Positions 39,604 through 49,615 of a stretch of DNA of 64,000 nt are shown here, piece by piece. Each line of letters opens with the position of its first letter. Position 1 is the stretch's first letter. Made by a program: the position numbers and the translations under genes. Location of the stretch: positions 198,539 through 262,538 of the forward strand of contig CAWDMH010000011.1 of NCBI GenBank assembly GCA_963803365.1, in the 5' to 3' direction. Under the pieces are notes generated by a model, which was not told where the DNA came from, did not search any database, and saw only the letters and a list, made by a program, of their open reading frames with translations. Origin of the DNA: an uncultured Planctomycetaceae bacterium. Its GTDB lineage: Bacteria > Planctomycetota > Planctomycetia > Pirellulales > Pirellulaceae.

Positions 39604-40676
39604 ATGTCACTGTTGTTAACCGTAACGAATGGCCCGTTGGTCGGCAAAAAAATCTGGGTCAACAGCGGCCAGACGTTACAAGTCGGCCGCACCGAATTGG
39701 CCGACCTACAAATCGAACCCGACAAATTGATGTCGCGGTTACATTTCGCGATTGATTGCGAGCCGGACTCCAGCCGCATCCGGGACTTGGGCAGCCGCAA
39801 TGGGACGTTTGTCAACGGTTCGTTGGTCAAAGTGGCCCCGCTGTCCAACGGTGACCGCGTCTTGGCCGGGGAGACAGAATTCTCCATTTCGGTCAAATCA
39901 CCCGGCGCCGGCCCGGCCACTGGCACCGCCCGCAAATCGTGGACGAAAGACCGTTTGGACAAGAAGACCGCCACGGGAGCCGCGGCTCCGCCGCAAAACA
40001 CAAGCCCCATCGTGTTGGACGAAGCGCAGCGGTTGGCGGTGCAAACCTTTGTCATGGGCCCACCTGGCTCCGCTGTTACGAACATTGACGAACTGACGAT
40101 GACGGTGCCGATGAAATTCTTCGAAGCGTCCCGGGGGCGCCGCCAAAACCAGCACAACCGCCACCCAAGCCACACGGCGCGCGCGGCTTGCGATTTATTG
40201 CACCGCCGGCCGGTGCGACTCGGCCGCTGGACTTGGCTCGCGTTCTGTCGCCGCGGCCGGACTTTTATTTGCTGATCAATCTCCAGAACATGGAGAGCGA
40301 AGCTCGCAGTTATTTTCTCAGCCCGATTCAAGGCAAGCGGTTTACGCACATCAACGAATCGATGGTGTTGGTATCCACGCGAGATGACGTCGATTGTTTC
40401 GAGTTGTTTCGCCGAGCTTGGGGACGCGACGCGATGATCGGGATCATCAGCCGGACGGCCAAAGAGAGGTTCGTGGCAACCATTCGCAGCTTTGAGAATT
40501 CCTATCGGCATCCCACCACGCTCCGCAAGGAAATCGACAAGGCTCCCCCGGAAGGAATCGCCCTGATGTTTACCGGAATCGATGCCGTGCTCGTGGAAAG
40601 CGAATCGGTTGACGGCTGGTCTTTGATCGTCAATCAAGCCGTCGAATTGAATCTGAAAGACTTGGGAATCACCTAG
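39604..40676 (+). CDS. FHA-domain protein with a Pro-rich linker and an unassigned ~160-aa C-terminal domain; frame break at the G5 run 40133-40137
   Basis: The FHA core is LQVGRTELADLQIEPDKLMSRLHFAIDCEPDSSRIRDLGSRNGTFVNGSLV...GDRVLAGETEFSI. The frame of ORF 40188..40676 is open from 40089 and reads ..VPGAPPKPAQPPPKPHGARGLRFIAPP.. as a natural continuation. Confidence 0.8.
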
Positions 40677-40684
40677 CCGCCCAT

Positions 40685-40795
40685 TGACAAACGACTCAGC
40701 TCTGCGACCCTCCCGAATGTCATTCCCGCGAAGGCGGGAATCCAGTGGAATGCAACTCTCGCAGTGTTGGATCCCCGCCTTCGCGGGGATGACGA
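40685..40795. mobile_element. MITE family A, copy A5 (termini degraded)
   Basis: gaatgtcattcccgcgaaggcgggaatccagtggaatgcaactctcgcagtgttggatccccgccttcgcggggatgac. Confidence 0.75.
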
Positions 40796-40818
40796 GCCGT
40801 TTTCTTAAAGGATTGCTC

Positions 40819-40945
40819 GTGCTTTGTTAGGTCTTAGAATTGGGGTTGTGTGCCACTGGCTTTGCCAGTGCGGGTCGGCAATACACGACGCTCATGTACA
40901 CTGGCACAGCCAGTGGCACCCCAAAATTAAGACTTGACATGGCAC
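40819..40945. mobile_element. MITE family D, copy D3
   Basis: gtgctttgttaggtcttagaattggggttgtgtgccactggc...cagtggcaccccaaaattaagacttgacatggcac TA. The left TA has degraded to tc. Confidence 0.8.
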
Positions 40946-41170
40946 TAGTCTGGACGCCGGATGATGATGTTGTGAGCGTTCCGAGTTCCACCGTCGTTGT
41001 CAATCGCCGAGAAACGCTGCGCCGACGTCGAGCGTGTGGAACGCTTGATTCATTCGATCGACTAATAGAGAATTGACGGTCGACGAACCGGTCACAAGCG
41101 GCGGCGTCCGCGCACGGCCGGAACGGTGCTTCATCTCGATCCATTTCTTGGCCACGATCTCGAGTCTGAC

Positions 41171-44100
41171 ATGTCACGACCTGTTGTTTCCAGCAAGAAC
41201 TGGCGATATCGGCGACAAGCGAAACCGGCTGGCCGCGGGCCCGCGATCGTCATGCTGATTCTTATCGGACTGTTGGTGACCTGGTTCGTTTTGTCCTTGT
41301 GGAAGGCGCCGCGAGCGGCGCCTTTCGTCCGCGTCCTTTGTGTCGAACGGTACACGAACGAACCGCAGTTGCCGTTTTTGAAGAACGACCTGGACGCGCT
41401 GGCTTCGGCATTCTCGGTGGCCGTGGATCAATCCCAAAAAGGCGTCTCGCCATCAGCCGGTGTCGGCAGCTTTGATATCCACAGTCAAATCTCAGAGACC
41501 ACTTTGGTTGATTTCGCGCCGTACCTGAGTCAGTTCAACAACGCCAAATCCAAAGACATCGCAATTCTTTACATTGCCGCCCAAGGCGTGGCGATTGACG
41601 AGAAGCCGTATTTGTTGGGCACGCCTCGCAACTGATTGATTTGCGGCGATCATGTCCGGTGGAGGGAATTCTGCAGCAAGTGCACAATCTCCCGGCCAAG
41701 ACCAAGCTCATCCTGTTAGACGCGGGCAACATCCAAACGGCGCTGCGGGCCGGGATGCCCATCAACCAGTTCGTCTTCCGCCTGCACGAACAGGTCAAGG
41801 CGCTCGACGACGAGAATCTGTGGGTGATTTGTTCGAATTCGATGGGCGAAGTCTCGAACGCCTCACTCGCCAAGAAACGCTCGATCTTTTCTTGGGCGCT
41901 GGTCGACGCGTTTGGCAAACTTAAGCGAGATACCCCGTCGGGACCGATCAGTCTCTACGATTTCTACGACTTCGTCTTGCGGCATTGCACGACCGCCACG
42001 AAAACCAGCGGCGGGGCGCTCCAAGTCCCGCTGCTGATGCGAGGCAAGACGGGCGTGATCCTCGATTTGCAATTGACGGATTCACTGAAGGAAACACTGA
42101 AGAAGCAAGTCGTTTTCTACCGCGACAAGGTCAAGATCGTGCAACCGGAAAAGCCCGCAGCGGCAGACGGCGCCGCAAAGAAAACCGCGTTCCTTCCACG
42201 CATGCTTCGACTAGAGTCTTTGACCGCGACCGTCATGGCGCCAAGTTTTGCCTGGACCGGGAGCCCGGCGCTCGAAAGCGGGGGATCGTCACCGCAGGAC
42301 CCGGATCGCGCGTCAACACAGCCATCGGAGAAGCCCGCCGCGTCGCCGGCCGCCTCAGCACCTCAGCAACCAGAACCGGCGCCGTCGTCAGCCGGAGATG
42401 GCGCGCAGGAGAAAACGGCGCAGACAAACCCGTATGTCGAGATCCTCAAGAGCCTGGACGAAAACCCGACGAGTCTGGACCAGGCGCTGTGGCAGAATTG
42501 GCAGCTCGTCGATTTACTTCAAAATCGTGAACGGTTTCTCTGGAGCCCCGTAGATTTCTCGCCCAATGTTTGGCGCATGTTGTTGGAAAGCCTGGTTGAA
42601 ACCGATCAGCAAGCCCGGTACGGCTGCCTGGGCGACAGCGATGGCGCGATGACGAGGATGCGGCAAATCAAGACGCAACTCCGATTGTTGCTCGACAGCA
42701 TGGAGGGAAATCGACCGATCGACAAATCGGCGATAACCGATACCAAACGCTTGGAAGACAGGCTGTTGGCCGCGTGGAATGGATTCGTACCGGCGGTCGA
42801 CGACGTCAATCGCCAATTGGCCCCATTGACGGCGGATCAAAAACAGATCGCCAGCAATTGCCTCACGTACGAATGCAAATTTCGAGATCGCGTGTTCCGC
42901 GCGGGTCAATACGTGCACTGGTTTGCCTTCGACAGCCGGATCGATCCGACCGGCGCCGTTTCGCCGATAGATCGTCTGTTGAATCAGATCCGCATGGAAA
43001 ATCGGACGGATGTCTATGCGAAACCGAACATCAAGTTGATCGCCGCGGCGGCCAATGAAATGGTCGAGTCCGACCGTCGACTGCGCAGCGCGGAGGAGCA
43101 GGTGTTTGAATTCTTTCTGAAACAACTGGATTTTGCGGTGGCGTCAAATCGCGACAATTTTGAACGGCAAGAGTTGCTCAATGGTTTGTTGCGGTTGACG
43201 GTGTTGCGGCCGGAGACTTCGCTTTTTCCGAGCGGAGACCGAGACAAACGGCTCAACCGAAAGCACATCCTGGAGACTCTCAATGACGCCATCAACCGCC
43301 AGAATCCAGATTTCAACCTCATCGAACAGAACTGGCCAAGCCGAATCATCTCCAACCAGGGCATCTCGGCTGCGACGAGCCAGTTTCAATTGGTTGCCGA
43401 GTTAGCCGGGTTGGCTGACACAACCCCGGCTCACGACAATCTCGCCATTCAACCGCTGACCGATGACGATCGACAGTCGGACGAAATGTTGCAGCAATGC
43501 AGCCAAGTGGGCGCGGCGCTCAGCGATCGATTGAAACAGTTCGACTTGGAAACGACTCCATCCGGTAGCGTGTGGCTGCAAGCGTCGCTCGGCGATTCAT
43601 ACGATCTACGCATTGGTTTGCAATTGGTGGACGCAAGCTACGCAGCCAACCTGCCGAAACTCGTGCCGGAAGAAGTCCTTGAACGAATCCGGTTTGACGA
43701 GCTCCCGATCGAGGTCAATCTCGACGGCGAGAGCAGCGCTACATTTACGGTGTACGTCGAAGGCGACAAGCGGAGCGCCCTTCCGATTCGAGTTCAAATG
43801 AGTGAGGCGGATCAGGCGAAAATCATCTGCCAGACATTGGAGGGACAACCCGCCGACTTGTTATCGGTCCCCGTCCGCGACGGGCGTGCCATATTTGACC
43901 TGAAGTTTATCGCCAGACAGACCAGCAACTCAGACGAGGACTTTGCCACCGTCGAATTGTCGGTCGATCAAATGCCTGAAAAGAAGCGGTCGGTGCGAAT
44001 CAGCCTCCCGCGCCCCGATTCGATCTGGTTGCTTGCAAAACAACAGTATTGGCTAAAGAACCCCAACGACTATCACTTGTCCGATCAAATCGACCCGAAT

Positions 44101-46017
44101 CAGTCGGCACTCGCCATGAAGTTGCTACCGTTTTCCAACTTTGACAGCTCCTTCAAGTTTGACTTGGAAAACCATTCTGGTCGAACGAAAAAAATCGTTG
44201 CCGAGTTTTATGCGGTGCAATTGGTGAAGCAACTTCGTCCCTCGTTTTTCGACTCGTTTCCGCCGGGGCGAAATTCGAAATCGGGAAAAGTTGATGCGGA
44301 GTTGCGGAAAGCGTTGGAGCAGGCCGTCATCGACGGACAATTGACCCCATTTTTCACCGCCCCGGAAATCGAGTTGACGCCGGCGGGTCAAACCGACTCG
44401 CGCAAGTCGATCTCGTTCAAACCGGCGCCGCCTCCCGCCGAACCGAAAGATGGAGCCGCTCAGCCGCCAGCCCCACCTCCCAACGCCGAATTCGATCTCA
44501 ATCACGGCTTCATCGTTCATGCCATCGTCGATGACGCGGGGATCAAAACGAATCGCTTTTATTGGATCGAATTTTCGCGCGTCACGAGCGATCGGCTCGT
44601 GACGGGAGATCCGAAGGGAACGTTTGACAAGAACGATGGTACGTTTCGGCTTCCGCTATCGGCCAACGTCGACGTCTTCGATTTCCGGCAAAAGATTCCG
44701 CTCAAATGTGAAGCGGCGGCGCCGTACGCGACACCCAGTCCGCGATGGGTGGCAGATCCTCCCAGTGTTCTCAACGGCGAAATCACGGTTCAAGTCCCCG
44801 AGGAAGCGATACGGACGATCAACGACACCAATGACGTTTTCGCCAATCAGATTTGTATCTCGGTCAACGATGAGCCACGCTGCTTCGTCTTTCTGATCAG
44901 TCCGCGCGACTTGGGGACCGAACGAGGCAACGTGCGGCCCGGATTAACCCAGGTTCGAGTCACCGGCGTCACCGGGATCGACGCCGATGGAAAGCCGATG
45001 CCCGGCATTCCCATGGGAGACCAATGGGTGTTTCGATCATCGCCGAGTATGCATGCAACGATCGCAGCCGATTGGCCATTCATCACAGAAAACGAAAGTG
45101 AACTGCTGCTTTCGGTGCAGAGGCCAAAAACGAGCCGCGCGGTTCCAGAACCGACACGATTCACCGATCGGCAAGTCCGATATATGGGGCACATTGCCGA
45201 TGGTGAGTTTCTGATCCAGGCCCATGTCTCCGATCACGTCCTCGACGTTGATACGGTGGGTGAAGGAGCATTCGAAATCCAGGCTGGCATGAAGATCGGC
45301 GAAGTTGTCGCAACCGGGGCCAACGCGGGTGCTCGACAAACGGTCATCTTCGATCAAACTCCGCCCACCGGGGATTTATTATTTTCCGATTTGACGACCG
45401 TGTCTTCGGCCTACGTCAACTCGGACGTCCGATTTCGCGTCGACGCTCAAGATGAGTTGACCCAAGTCACACGCGTACAGTTGGTTCGAGACACGCAACC
45501 CAACGGCAAAGTTGATGCCGAGGACAAACCCGTTCCCAAGCCATTCGAACTCCAAAATGGTGTCTGGGGACTCGAACTCAAATTCACCGAGCCCACCGCC
45601 GACGCAATGCATTTTTTTGCGACCGCCGAGGACACCGCGGGCAACTCCGCGAGTTTTGGCCCAGTCCAATTAGTCGTCGAAGCGGCCCCGACCAAACCCG
45701 CCGATGGCTCGCCCGGCACGAAGCCCACGCCGCCGGCAAAAAAGTACCGAGTTGTCGTGAACGTCGCGCTTGTATCAAAGCCTTTAGACAGCGATGCCAC
45801 CCTGGACACCATCGAACTCACGGGTTCGGGCGTCAAAGGAGTCCGGTCGGATGCCCGCGTCGGGTTCGACGGCGTCGTCGCCGGCACCTACAAGCTCGTG
45901 CTCAAAGGGTACTCGGCCACCCGCAAAAAAATCGCTGCGGAAAAAGAGATCATCATCACCGACAATGGAGAAAAGGGCGACAAGACTTTCTCCGTCAAAA
46001 TGGACTATGAAAAGTAA
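41171..46017 (+). CDS. membrane-anchored giant protein (~1600 aa) with an N-terminal caspase-like (peptidase C14 fold) domain that lacks both catalytic residues; frame break near 41625
   Basis: The TM segment is IVMLILIGLLVTWFVLSLW. The C14-like motifs are VRVLCVERYTNEPQLPFLKNDLDALASAF, DIAILYIAAQGVAIDEKPYLLGTP and TKLILLDAGNIQ, with SIFSWALVDAF...ISLYDFYDFV...QVPLL after them. The first two are in ORF 41126..41635 and the rest in ORF 41641..46017. The C-terminal segment YRVVVNVALV...GTYKLVLKG is CarboxypepD_reg-like. Confidence 0.7.
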
Positions 46018-46424
46018 ATAGGAAATGAATTGTCTAGCTCGGCGTCCCCAACGGGCTACAGCAACCGTTTGGACAGGAGGAATCGGCGAGGAAGAAATTG
46101 AAACAGTTGTGCCATCTCTCGGCCGGCGGCAAGAACTCAACTGCTGCTCTGTTTCAACGGTTGACTCCTGTTCGTTCCGGATCCGAATTGGGTCTCGGCC
46201 AGCCGCTTTTGGCGTGCTGAGCAATCTTGTCAAAAAAGTCGCGCGTGAGGGAGTGCCGCAGGTGCGATTGCGCTTTTTGAGCAGATTTTATCGCCGGATG
46301 ATATTGGAGAAGATGATGAACATCGGAAATCCGATAATAACGAACGTCTGCGTTTGCAGGACTGTAAACATTTGCAATCAACTGACGGCCGAAACGGCCA
46401 CTACGGTTGTTCGGGGGGAATCAA

Positions 46425-47798
46425 ATGAATCGTCGAAATCTGGTATCGATTCTGACGTTGTTTACGTGCCTTATTGCTTTCAGCCTGGGCTGTGTCGGTC
46501 CCACTCAGCCGGTGACCACTTTGGGCCAGAAGCTGGGCATTCCTCAGGCTTTCTTGTTGCTGCGCGACAATTTCACCAATCGCAAAGGGAACAAACCGCA
46601 ATGCGAGCGTAAACCGCCCTTGCTGCGAATTGCCGACCCCGCGAACTTGGCATCGCCCAACGATGCGATCAAGGCCGCAGCTCAGGTCAAGGCTGAAGAG
46701 GATCTGGCGCCGCAAAAGATCAAGGCGTTGAAGTTCCTGGCCGGAATCGGATGCGGATGCTACGACGAAGACGGCAAGGTCAAGAACGCCATCCTCGCCG
46801 GCTTGGCCGACTGCACGCCCGCGGTTCGGATGGCGGCGATTCAATTGATCGAAGCGACCCTTGCTTACTGCGACGACAAGAACACAGACACCAAAGCCAA
46901 GCGGTGCCCGCACTGTGGCGGCCGAGGCTGCCCGCTGTGTCAGTCCGATCGACGCGCTCAAAAGAAGAAGGACAAAGAACTCGCGGCGCTCCAGAAAAAG
47001 AAGAAGACACCACTCTGCCAACGTTGCCACGGCGCCGGCTGCTCTAGCTGCTGCGGAAGCTGCTGCTCGTGCAACTCCGCGGGCTGCTGCGGAAAAGACG
47101 TTCAGAAAAAGTTGAACGATATGGCGTACGGCATGGATGAAACTACCGGTTGCTACAAAGAGCCCGTTCCTGCCATTCGAGCAGCGGCGCAACGCGTCTT
47201 AGAGATGTGCCCCTGCGTGATGGAACCCGCCGCAGCGACGACCGAGGAACAAAAGCCAAAGGGCGATGTTCCGGAAGGTGGCCAAAAAAAGCAAGAAGGC
47301 GATAAGACCGAAGGCGGCGACAACCAAAACGGCGACCAGTCCAACCCGCAAACCACCTCCACCTACCCCGGAGAGTATGGGCCGGACGACGTCGATACGG
47401 TTCGCATCATCACGCCAAATGAATCGACGATGCACAATACGACGTATCGGCCCGCCAATTCCCAGAACGGCGATCCGACCTCGGGCATCGACATCCCAGT
47501 TTCCAGCCGTCGAACCAAGTCCGATTTTATCAATCAAACGATGACCACCAGCAACGACATGGTCGTTGCGGCTGTGGAAAACATTGATGCTTCGACCTCA
47601 CAAGTGGCTATCATCTTTTCCAACGAGTTGATGATTCCCGTGGGTCAAATGTTGCTGATTCAAACGACGACTGGCGAAGCGCAGTGCCGCGTGGTCAACT
47701 CAATGCCGGGCCGGTTGTACGCCACGGTCTTGAGCCACAATTACACTTCGACTCCACAGTCTGGCGAAATGGTTCGCTTCGGCGTGCTCTCTCAGTAA
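46425..47798 (+). CDS. Cys-rich lipoprotein with a HEAT-like segment and two DnaJ-type CxxCxGxG zinc-finger motifs
   Basis: The lipobox is LIAFSLGCVG. A HEAT-like segment reads KALKFLAGIGCGCYDEDGKVKNAILAGLADCTPAVRMAAIQLIE. The finger motifs are CPHCGGRGCPLC and CQRCHGAGCSSCCGSCCSC. The 457-aa ORF is intact. Confidence 0.7.
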   Translation: MNRRNLVSILTLFTCLIAFSLGCVGPTQPVTTLGQKLGIPQAFLLLRDNFTNRKGNKPQCERKPPLLRIADPANLASPNDAIKAAAQVKAEEDLAPQKIKALKFLAGIGCGCYDEDGKVKNAILAGLADCTPAVRMAAIQLIEATLAYCDDKNTDTKAKRCPHCGGRGCPLCQSDRRAQKKKDKELAALQKKKKTPLCQRCHGAGCSSCCGSCCSCNSAGCCGKDVQKKLNDMAYGMDETTGCYKEPVPAIRAAAQRVLEMCPCVMEPAAATTEEQKPKGDVPEGGQKKQEGDKTEGGDNQNGDQSNPQTTSTYPGEYGPDDVDTVRIITPNESTMHNTTYRPANSQNGDPTSGIDIPVSSRRTKSDFINQTMTTSNDMVVAAVENIDASTSQVAIIFSNELMIPVGQMLLIQTTTGEAQCRVVNSMPGRLYATVLSHNYTSTPQSGEMVRFGVLSQ

Positions 47799-47799
47799 C

Positions 47800-47833
47800 G
47801 TCCGCGCGGCAAACGAAATGAATGCCCGCGGAC
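47800..47833 (+). terminator. possible stem-loop terminator after the lipoprotein gene (no U-tract)
   Basis: gtccgcgcggca - aacgaaatgaa - tgcccgcggac begins 2 nt after the TAA at 47796-98 and gives a near-perfect 11-bp stem. Confidence 0.3.
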
Positions 47834-47959
47834 CCAAGCCGTGGAGGTCGTCCGCCCATTCGATTTAAGGTGGGAGGACGGGGATTCGCTCTCGTGAGTC
47901 TCGCGGTTTGCCGTGGTGCCGCAGGCGAGAGTGAGTGGCGCCTGGGTCATTCCGGCGCG

Positions 47960-48700
47960 TCAGTCGGTCCGTCGCTTGGCCAACTCGTCTCTCAGTTCGG
48001 CTGCCAATTCATACTGTTCGGTGGCAATCGCGTCGGCCAGTTGTTCTTGGAGCGTGCGGTCGATCGAGTACTTCGCCCGGATGTTGTCACGAAATTCGGT
48101 GAGTCGGCGCACCAACTCGTCCTCGTCAAACTTCTCTTCGACCTCGTATTCGACGAACACGATTCGCAAAGCTTCGAGGCCACGGTTGATTTCCTCGATC
48201 GCGCGCTCGGCATCCTGCTCCTCCTCAAGCAGTCGCAGCGCCATCGCCTTCGTCCGGTGATAGAGCACGAAGGGGCGATACTGTTCATGGGAAATGGTCC
48301 ATTCGTCGTCGGGTGAATGGCGTTTGCAGAAATCCATCAACTGCAGCGTGTGGTCGGCGTCGTGGACGGCGTTGGCGAATTGTTGCAGCTGCAGCCACGC
48401 GACTCGACGATGGTAATATTGAACGAATTCCCGGTCGACTTCCATGCACATCGGCGCATCGAGCCGAAAGTCGCCGCCGTTGCTGGCCGCTTTGGCGGCC
48501 AGCCATTCCAGGCAAGTGGGGAATCCCTCGACCTGTAGGCCGTCGGGGCGGCCGCCGACTTCCAACTGCAATACGCCCAAATCGACCCGCATTTGGATCA
48601 CCTGGCGCTCCGGCAGTTTCAACAGCCGGACTTTGATTTCGCCTGGCTCAAACGGCCATTCAGACAAGATGTGATCGATATTCTGCTTCTTCTTTGTCAT
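47960..48700 (-). CDS. UVR (UvrB/UvrC motif) domain-containing protein
   Basis: The C-terminus is LQEQLADAIATEQYELAAELRDELAKRR. The likely start is the ATG at 48700 (MTKKKQNIDHILSEW). The longer ORF upstream runs into MITE B4. Confidence 0.7.
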   Translation of the reverse strand: MTKKKQNIDHILSEWPFEPGEIKVRLLKLPERQVIQMRVDLGVLQLEVGGRPDGLQVEGFPTCLEWLAAKAASNGGDFRLDAPMCMEVDREFVQYYHRRVAWLQLQQFANAVHDADHTLQLMDFCKRHSPDDEWTISHEQYRPFVLYHRTKAMALRLLEEEQDAERAIEEINRGLEALRIVFVEYEVEEKFDEDELVRRLTEFRDNIRAKYSIDRTLQEQLADAIATEQYELAAELRDELAKRRTD

Positions 48701-48721
48701 CGCGCACCAAGATTGCAGTAC

Positions 48722-48824
48722 GGATCGCCCGATAAATAACATCCCGATTTTGCTAACCCTCACCTGACCACTCCCGCGAGGGCGAGGGCGAGGACTTCGG
48801 GCGAAGTTGTGTTGCGTGCGATCC
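48722..48824. mobile_element. MITE family B, diverged copy B4
   Basis: ggatcgcccgataaataacatcccgatttt...gagggcgagggcgaggacttcgggcgaagttgtgttgcgtgcgatcc. The flanks are tac / tta. Confidence 0.65.
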
Positions 48825-49032
48825 TTAACCGGTCGCCCAATTATAACCGACGGACTGCGTCAGCGAACCCGACTCGCTGGAGCCACCGCGGCATGCCGCG
48901 TTGGCACGAGGAACGGTCCGGGATCTAACGCAGGACCTGCTTTCAGCGTTCCTGGCACATCGGTGCGATATCTTGACTGCGATATTTCGACAAGGCCTTT
49001 CCGTCTGGTCGTCGCGACGAAGTCTGGCACAC

Positions 49033-49455
49033 TCACACATCGTCCTTGGGACGCCGCCGAGATTGCTTGGTTTCGGATCGACGCTTCTTTTCTTGCAACC
49101 GTCGCCGGTTCGACGCCAAGGTCTTCCGCGTCGGACGTCGCCGTCGAGGAGCGTGCTCGACGACCGCCAGCATCGCCCGGAGTTTCTCCAGGCAATCATC
49201 GACGTTCTTCCGTTGATCGCGGAATCGATGACTCGCAATCGAAAACTCTCCCAACTTGTTGATTCGGTTGCGGTAGGCCTGTTGAAAGCGACGCTTGATG
49301 CCCTCGGTCAAGCTGGGGCTGATCAAGAATGACCAAGTCAGAATTGCCTTCGAGTTAACTTTGTTGACGTTTTGGCCGCCGGGCCCTGGGCTGCGGACAA
49401 ACGTAAAACGAAACTCGTCGGTCGGTATTGTCAGTTGAGGCGAAACTCGAAGCAT
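49033..49455 (-). CDS. arfB: alternative ribosome-rescue factor ArfB (peptidyl-tRNA hydrolase, GGQ domain plus basic tail)
   Basis: FTFVRSPGPGGQNVNKVNSKA fits the GGQ domain, and the Arg/Lys-rich C-terminal tail is RRRRPTRKTLASNRRRLQEKKRRSETKQSRRR. Confidence 0.85.
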   Translation of the reverse strand: MLRVSPQLTIPTDEFRFTFVRSPGPGGQNVNKVNSKAILTWSFLISPSLTEGIKRRFQQAYRNRINKLGEFSIASHRFRDQRKNVDDCLEKLRAMLAVVEHAPRRRRPTRKTLASNRRRLQEKKRRSETKQSRRRPKDDV

Positions 49456-49615
49456 GTCGATTCGTGTCCGCGCAGGGCGCTCGCTCTGCTTGGGGCTCGA
49501 AAAACTGCGGACGATGCATGACGCAAGCGTGCCGTGGCGGGCGAGCTTTGAACTCGACTATCGCACGGGATACGTTGCCAACGTCCGACCTGAGTCCAAG
49601 CGACGGTCGTCCCGG

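Noticed and set aside
39435-40637. 400-aa ORF on the minus strand
   Set aside because: It is antisense to the FHA gene, whose FHA motifs are unambiguous. The antisense translation is Arg/Pro/Ser-rich with no recognisable motif, which is typical of the shadow ORFs seen in GC-rich DNA.
46401-47192. 263-aa minus-strand ORF opposite the Cys-rich lipoprotein gene
   Set aside because: It is Ala/Arg-rich antisense sequence. The plus-strand frame has a lipobox and structured Cys motifs.
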